From NCBI GenBank assembly GCA_021777355.1, contig JAJYDO010000001.1, forward strand, positions 2,941 to 66,940: a DNA stretch of 64,000 nucleotides, in the 5' to 3' direction. Position numbers and translations under genes: made by a program. This DNA is from Actinomycetes bacterium. GTDB lineage: Bacteria; Actinomycetota; Acidimicrobiia; Acidimicrobiales; JABEUL01. The notes beneath the pieces were generated by a model. The model was not told where the DNA came from. It did no database searches and saw nothing but the letters and a program-made list of their open reading frames with translations. Positions 58,996 to 64,000 of this stretch are shown here, piece by piece (position 1 is the first letter of the stretch; the number at the start of each line of letters is the position of its first letter).

Positions 58996-61179
58996 TCAGA
59001 GAGAATACTTATTAAATTCTAAATACTCTCGGATAGCCATTGAATTGCTATTTAGTAAAGATTCTGCCCCAAGAATCGCAGCAATTGATGACTCGAATAC
59101 CCACTTTGGAGTTCCCGATTCGGAGCGGATTGCATTTGCAAACGCTGACAGGGCTTTGTCTTGGCCCTTGTCTTGTGGTCTGAAAGTCTTCCGCTTTTCA
59201 TTTAACTCAATACTCCTAAAGTCATCAATTAAACCGGTTTTCCCCCTTCCAAGAACTTCTACTCTTTCCTTCGGAGTAATTGGTGAACCCCCCGTGGCGT
59301 AGGTTATTGACGCTACTGATCCGTCTTCAAAAGTTAAAACTACGCCTAGATTATCGGCCAGTACTCTTTCATTTGAGCTTGAACCAGATACAGTTATGGT
59401 CTGTATTGGCGACTTAACTAGAGCCTGCGAGGTATCTATGAAATGACATACTTCTCCAATTAGTCGTCCCCCTTGGATCCTGTCGTTATACCAATGAGTA
59501 GAAGGAATCTGACCCGCACTTACACGATAAGTGACAACTAGCTGTGATCCCTGTGTGCCAAAAAAATCACTTAGCTCTTGAACCGGAAAAGAGAATCTTC
59601 TATTGAACCCAACCCAAAGCAGAGATTCGGGAGATCTTTTCGCCGAATCGGTAATTGCTTTAAAGTCCTCCATATTAAGTGCCAGTGGTTTTTCGCACCA
59701 TATATGCTTTTTCGCTTCAAGTGCCTTTATCACGAGTGTTGCATGGCTCTCATGCGGAGTAACAACAATAACTACATCTATATTCTCATCATCCATTATT
59801 TCATTGGCATCTTTTGCGACTCTTCCCGAGCCTAATCCTTCTACCAGGCGATTAGCGCTGATTAGGGACGAGGAAGTTACCGCGGTAATTTCTCCAAAGC
59901 CGGCGTCTTTTAATTTAGGCACCAGTGTTGAAACTGCGTAAGCTCCGCTTCCAATTAACCCAACCCTTAACTTCTTTTTTATCAGACCCGTTTTAGATGT
60001 GGATGTTTCGAGATTGGTTGGACTTGGCTTTTCTTGAATTACATCGAGTGAGCTTGATCCATATGAGAGGGTAATACTCATTACATTCTCATCAGGTCCA
60101 GGACTATCCACTAGTGCGTAAGCCTGAGGCGCCAAAGCAATCTCAAAGTTATGGGTAATCAATCCATTAAGATCTATCTTTTTAGAGGCCTGTAAGTCCA
60201 AGACCGCTTCTATGTTTCGCCCTTCGCTCCATCTCACATATCCTGGAGGATAGTCAACGCCCCACTCCTCATAACTTCTTTCATATCTCCCAGGACCATA
60301 TGATCTAGCTACTTTCATAGTTAGCTCTTTCATATAAAATGGGGTCCTCTCACCATCAAGGGAAACATCTCCGACGACTACCACAGTTGCCCTATCTCTA
60401 CATAGCTCCGGTGTTCGCCTTATTGTCGAGTTTGACTTTCCCCCTGCAGTCAACATAACTGCGTCGGCTCCTATCCCCCTGGAAAACGAAAGAACAGCAT
60501 CCGTAGTTTCTTTGCCGCCTTCTAGAAGTCCTAATGCACCCCACTTGGAAACCAAATCTACCCGCTTTTGGTCCACGTCAATTCCAACCACTCTGGCACC
60601 ACTTGCAATTGCAATTTGGGCACTTAGCTGGCCAATCAAACCTAATCCAATTACCACTACCACAGCCCCTGGCCCCACCTCTGTGAGTCTAAATCCGTGC
60701 ATTGCAATTGCACCAATAGTCGCAAGTGACGCTTCCTGCGGTTCAACGCCATCAGGCACCTTCACGCATAAAAGGCCCGGTACTGCCTGGTATTCAGCAT
60801 GATTCGCACTTCCCGCCCCGCCCGTTGCCACCAAGTCTCCTGGCTTTACATGACTTACTGTCTCGCCTACAATCTGGGCAATCCCGCAGGCTGAATAACC
60901 AAGTGGGAGATCACTTGCCAGACGCGATCTGACCGTAGAAAGCGTGGCCATGGGACCATCTGATTTGGCCTTTGCTATAACCTGTTTAACTAAATCGGGC
61001 CTGGCTTTGGCCTTTTGAAGATAGCTTGACTGAGCCAGTTGAGTAACTGCCCTCTCTGTTCCCGGTGAAATCGCAGAAAACAGCGTCTTTACTAAGACTT
61101 CATTACCATCGGCAGTCGGCGGCGGCACATCTATTACCCTTACGCTTCCGCCTGAGACACCTTGTACTACTTGCTTCAT
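58996..61179 (-). CDS. Bi-domain oxidoreductase: N-terminal zinc-type/MDR alcohol dehydrogenase fused to C-terminal Gfo/Idh/MocA oxidoreductase
   Basis: The MDR part has VIGLGLIGQLSAQ. The Gfo/Idh/MocA part has VGLIGSGAYA and the WCEKPLAL (EKP) motif. Confidence 0.85.
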   Translation of the reverse strand: MKQVVQGVSGGSVRVIDVPPPTADGNEVLVKTLFSAISPGTERAVTQLAQSSYLQKAKARPDLVKQVIAKAKSDGPMATLSTVRSRLASDLPLGYSACGIAQIVGETVSHVKPGDLVATGGAGSANHAEYQAVPGLLCVKVPDGVEPQEASLATIGAIAMHGFRLTEVGPGAVVVVIGLGLIGQLSAQIAIASGARVVGIDVDQKRVDLVSKWGALGLLEGGKETTDAVLSFSRGIGADAVMLTAGGKSNSTIRRTPELCRDRATVVVVGDVSLDGERTPFYMKELTMKVARSYGPGRYERSYEEWGVDYPPGYVRWSEGRNIEAVLDLQASKKIDLNGLITHNFEIALAPQAYALVDSPGPDENVMSITLSYGSSSLDVIQEKPSPTNLETSTSKTGLIKKKLRVGLIGSGAYAVSTLVPKLKDAGFGEITAVTSSSLISANRLVEGLGSGRVAKDANEIMDDENIDVVIVVTPHESHATLVIKALEAKKHIWCEKPLALNMEDFKAITDSAKRSPESLLWVGFNRRFSFPVQELSDFFGTQGSQLVVTYRVSAGQIPSTHWYNDRIQGGRLIGEVCHFIDTSQALVKSPIQTITVSGSSSNERVLADNLGVVLTFEDGSVASITYATGGSPITPKERVEVLGRGKTGLIDDFRSIELNEKRKTFRPQDKGQDKALSAFANAIRSESGTPKWVFESSIAAILGAESLLNSNSMAIREYLEFNKYSL

Positions 61180-61201
61180 TTATCTAAACCTGTCCTTCGT
61201 G

Positions 61202-63046
61202 TCACTTATACACTTCAAAACTAGTGTGAAATTCAATAGGTAATTTTCCAATGCACGTCAATGAAATAGTCAGAGCATCCTCAACGGAGTTGAAATCTTT
61301 TGCCAAGCTACACAGTTGTGAATTACTTTCAATAATGTTAATGTCTCCATGAACGCTGCTCTTAAATTCCAAATTTACTTGAAATTCTCCAATTACTAGG
61401 AGCATTTCTGCCTTACTCCCATTTGAGGATTTAGAATCTTCGGACTTGAAACCCAAAAACCGAACCAGAGAGCTGAAATGAAATATTAACTCGACTTTAT
61501 GTTCGTTTTCAGACCTTTCTATTTCCGAAGAATTCGTTTTCTTTAAAAATGTCGAAAATACTAAGTCCTTAATTTTCAAACCTGAACTTTTCACTTCGAC
61601 ATGCCTTTTATGACAAGGGGAGTCCTCTAAAAAAATATAACCGTTATGCGACGCCTCTACTACTACGGTATCTCCCAGGTCTTCAGCTTTAATCAATTTA
61701 GGTTCGGCTCTTCTCCCTGCCCTAAATGCTCCCCAAATCTCTGTTTGGTCACAATTGTCAATAACGACTGTGTTGTGCGCTCTGGTACTTCTCTCATATG
61801 CCCTTGTAGCACCCGGCTCATAGGTCGATACGCCTGTGTCGACTAAAAAAGGAAGAGTTGATATATAGGCTTGTACTGCCAAAGTGTCGGAGTGTGCGTG
61901 TGCAGGAAGAGCAGGAGGGCAGGGAAGTCCGGCATCCATCAATACTGTGAAAAGAGATCCCGTATTGGCTACAAAATAACCTGACGATTCTAAAAATGCA
62001 GTTTTTCCAAAGGGTGAAATTTCCAATAATTCCAATAATTTAGTGTCCGATGGCAAACAGTCATTTACATTCCACCACTTCCCGTCAGGAGCCAGCATTT
62101 TTGACAGCCATACTTTCATCCGAGCAATAGAGTCTTCAAGCCACGGAGAGGATTCGGCTATTGCTTTGGCTACTTCGCGCGAAGAGTCCTTAGCTGCTAA
62201 TTCAAGAATATTTCTAATATCTTCTAAGTCAGTAAGTACTTGAACATGGTAGGACGATGATCTTTCATAGTGTCCTCCGTCACCCAATATCTGGCGGCCT
62301 GTCTCTACTCCCAATTGCCACACGGTTCGTTTTAGATGCTTCTCGTCTCCAAAAAGAATAGATAAAACAATAAGAGCTTTCATGTTTTTTATTAAATGGT
62401 TGCCTCTGACTTCTCTTTCTTTAAAAACCTTGAGCCACCTAAATGCCGCTCTAAGCTCTTCAATTACCTCATCTTTGTAAGGCGAATCTTTTAAAGTTCC
62501 GTGAATCATCATTGAACCCAGTACAAAGGCGCGCAAAGAGACTACATAAGGTGACCAGGGAGTTCCTTTTCCCAAACAAGTATGTTTTCGATATGACTTC
62601 CAGTATTTTTCAAATATTTCATCGAAGTGCTCGTCGTTTAAAAACCAAAGCCATTCCATATAAAAAAGGTGATACTTATATAAAAGTGTTGCACTGGAAA
62701 GATCCCAATTATCACTACTTTCTCCCCGTTGAACTAATATCTGGAAATTCTCGCCAACTTGGTCGACGATACCATTCTCCAGTAAATTCAAAAGCTTATT
62801 TCTCTCAACAGATTGCCGATGAGCTTCTTGGTCGATTGGGATAAATGATGGAAAAATATTAATAATTGATTTAGTTGAGCTACCTGACTTTAGCCAGAAG
62901 CTAAGAATTTGGCTGGGAAGAATCGAAGCGATCTTTCGACCTCCTCTTAGCGCCACACGCCAAATCAAATCAGACACGGGAATTTGTCTAGCAGCTGATA
63001 TCGTCTTTTTGACTCTTTCAAGTGGTGTTTCTTTGGAATTTCCCAT
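61202..63046 (-). CDS. Heparinase II/III-family (alginate-lyase-like toroid plus Hepar_II_III C-domain) protein, no signal peptide
   Basis: GGHYERSSSYH, PAHAHSDTLAV and RSTRAHNTVVIDNCDQ are typical Hepar_II_III blocks. The N-terminus MGNSKETPLERVKK is not a signal peptide. It lies 22 nt upstream of the oxidoreductase gene. Confidence 0.82.
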   Translation of the reverse strand: MGNSKETPLERVKKTISAARQIPVSDLIWRVALRGGRKIASILPSQILSFWLKSGSSTKSIINIFPSFIPIDQEAHRQSVERNKLLNLLENGIVDQVGENFQILVQRGESSDNWDLSSATLLYKYHLFYMEWLWFLNDEHFDEIFEKYWKSYRKHTCLGKGTPWSPYVVSLRAFVLGSMMIHGTLKDSPYKDEVIEELRAAFRWLKVFKEREVRGNHLIKNMKALIVLSILFGDEKHLKRTVWQLGVETGRQILGDGGHYERSSSYHVQVLTDLEDIRNILELAAKDSSREVAKAIAESSPWLEDSIARMKVWLSKMLAPDGKWWNVNDCLPSDTKLLELLEISPFGKTAFLESSGYFVANTGSLFTVLMDAGLPCPPALPAHAHSDTLAVQAYISTLPFLVDTGVSTYEPGATRAYERSTRAHNTVVIDNCDQTEIWGAFRAGRRAEPKLIKAEDLGDTVVVEASHNGYIFLEDSPCHKRHVEVKSSGLKIKDLVFSTFLKKTNSSEIERSENEHKVELIFHFSSLVRFLGFKSEDSKSSNGSKAEMLLVIGEFQVNLEFKSSVHGDINIIESNSQLCSLAKDFNSVEDALTISLTCIGKLPIEFHTSFEVYK

Positions 63047-63211
63047 TTTCTTTCAATTCAACTATAGATTGCGTGACTTGAAGGTGGTGCCAGTTGGTGC
63101 TCTAGCCGAATAGTTGAACAAGCATTGAGCCGGTGCCGAGGAATCCTTAAATCAGGAGCACTAGGACCGCTCGGAAGAGAAAAAAGCCTTTACTGAAGAA
63201 TCAAACCAGCA

Positions 63212-64000
63212 TCAGCGATCCGGCATTACCTGACAGATCAAATTCCATTCTTGCTCAATCCCCTCTTTGAAAGTTCGAGGTTGATAATTTAGGTCTCTTA
63301 TAGCATCTGCAATTGAAACGTTTTTATTTTCATCAAGCCTTTGAATCTGCTCTGCCGATATTGGAGATTTGCCAAATATCTTTGACATGTATTGAGCACC
63401 TTTGACCAATGGCGAAATCGGAAGGGAAATAAAATGAGCTCTATTTCCAACAGCCAATGCTGCGGTTTCAAAAGTCTCCTTGAGCGTCATTGGCTCTGGG
63501 CCGCCCAAATTGTACTCGCCTTTAATGGCTTTTGTGCTAAACAGCGCTTCTGAAATGCCCTCTATCAGATCATAGACATTTACTGGCTGTTGTAGTGCTT
63601 GTCCATGGCCTGGAAGTGGAAGCAACGCTACTCTGGATCTTTTGATATATCTAAGTAGTCTCTCCATGTTCCGGTCACCGGGAGCTCCATAAATCATGGT
63701 AGGTCTTATAATTGTCCAATCAAGATCACTTGATTTAACCGCATATTCCGCTTCCAGCCTAACTGGCTTTGAAGAAGTCGGCAAAGAAGTGAAAATGGAT
63801 GTAGTCGAGACAAATAATGAACGCTTGATCCCACTCTCAGTTGCTGCTTTAACAACATTTGGCCCACTTCCAAATCCCATTGAAGCAATATTGGCTAGAT
63901 GAGCATCAGGAAACTCCTTGAAGATAGTCTGGATTGACAAGAAATCATCTAAATTACCCATCCGCACTTCGGCTCCCAGACCTGAGATTTTTGCTTTGGA
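63212..64000 (-). CDS. NAD(P)-dependent epimerase/dehydratase-family protein, N-terminus beyond the window edge
   Basis: The reading frame stays open past the listed Met 63967 to nt 64000 (SKAKISGLGAEVRMGNLDD...). RSLFVSTTS, WTIIRPTMIYG and NLGGPEPMT are SDR-like blocks. Confidence 0.75.
   Translation of the reverse strand, partial: SKAKISGLGAEVRMGNLDDFLSIQTIFKEFPDAHLANIASMGFGSGPNVVKAATESGIKRSLFVSTTSIFTSLPTSSKPVRLEAEYAVKSSDLDWTIIRPTMIYGAPGDRNMERLLRYIKRSRVALLPLPGHGQALQQPVNVYDLIEGISEALFSTKAIKGEYNLGGPEPMTLKETFETAALAVGNRAHFISLPISPLVKGAQYMSKIFGKSPISAEQIQRLDENKNVSIADAIRDLNYQPRTFKEGIEQEWNLICQVMPDR

Noticed and set aside
58847-59302. 151-aa plus-strand ORF starting in the spacer and running into the 3' end of the bi-domain oxidoreductase gene
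   Set aside because: Two thirds of it is antisense to a confident gene, and it has no motif or RBS. It is probably spurious.

Overview
This 64-kb window looks actinobacterial, with low-to-moderate GC. The evidence is a Mycobacterium-type SerC, an ilvBNC / serA / leuA block, a LAxTG (sortase-E type) sorting signal, a DUF4012 protein and many GTG/TTG starts. The left ~14 kb is mostly core amino-acid metabolism: ilvB-ilvN-ilvC, serC, an aspartate aminotransferase, serA and leuA. A ugd/UDP-xylose-synthase pair is wedged into this block, and a truncated NeuB-type nonulosonic-acid synthase sits at the window edge. Both ilvB and leuA are preceded by short leader ORFs rich in the cognate amino-acid codons, followed by stem-loops and an intrinsic terminator, which fits classical attenuators. 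From ~13.9 kb to the right edge (~50 kb) the window is one mosaic cell-surface glycan island. It contains five GT4-type glycosyltransferase genes (one a double-GT fusion), three or four methyltransferases, an AsnB-like amidotransferase and a Wzy/O-antigen-ligase-like protein. It also contains two convergent cytoplasmic phosphodiesterase (NPP/AlkP) paralogs and a translationally coupled methyltransferase / 934-aa orphan / double-GT operon. A complete pseB-C-H-G-I pseudaminic acid operon is fused by overlap to a 612-aa orphan. Further genes are a DegT paralog lacking the PLP lysine, a BNR/sialidase-like lipoprotein, an SpsF-type cytidylyltransferase and a CapD/PglF dehydratase. The right end holds a Wzz-BY-kinase, DUF4012, a Thr-rich LAFTG-anchored protein, a Wzx flippase and a bi-domain oxidoreductase / heparinase-II/III-like / epimerase operon. 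I saw no tRNA, rRNA, CRISPR array, transposase or integrase. All family calls are motif recognition by eye on the supplied translations. No database search was run.
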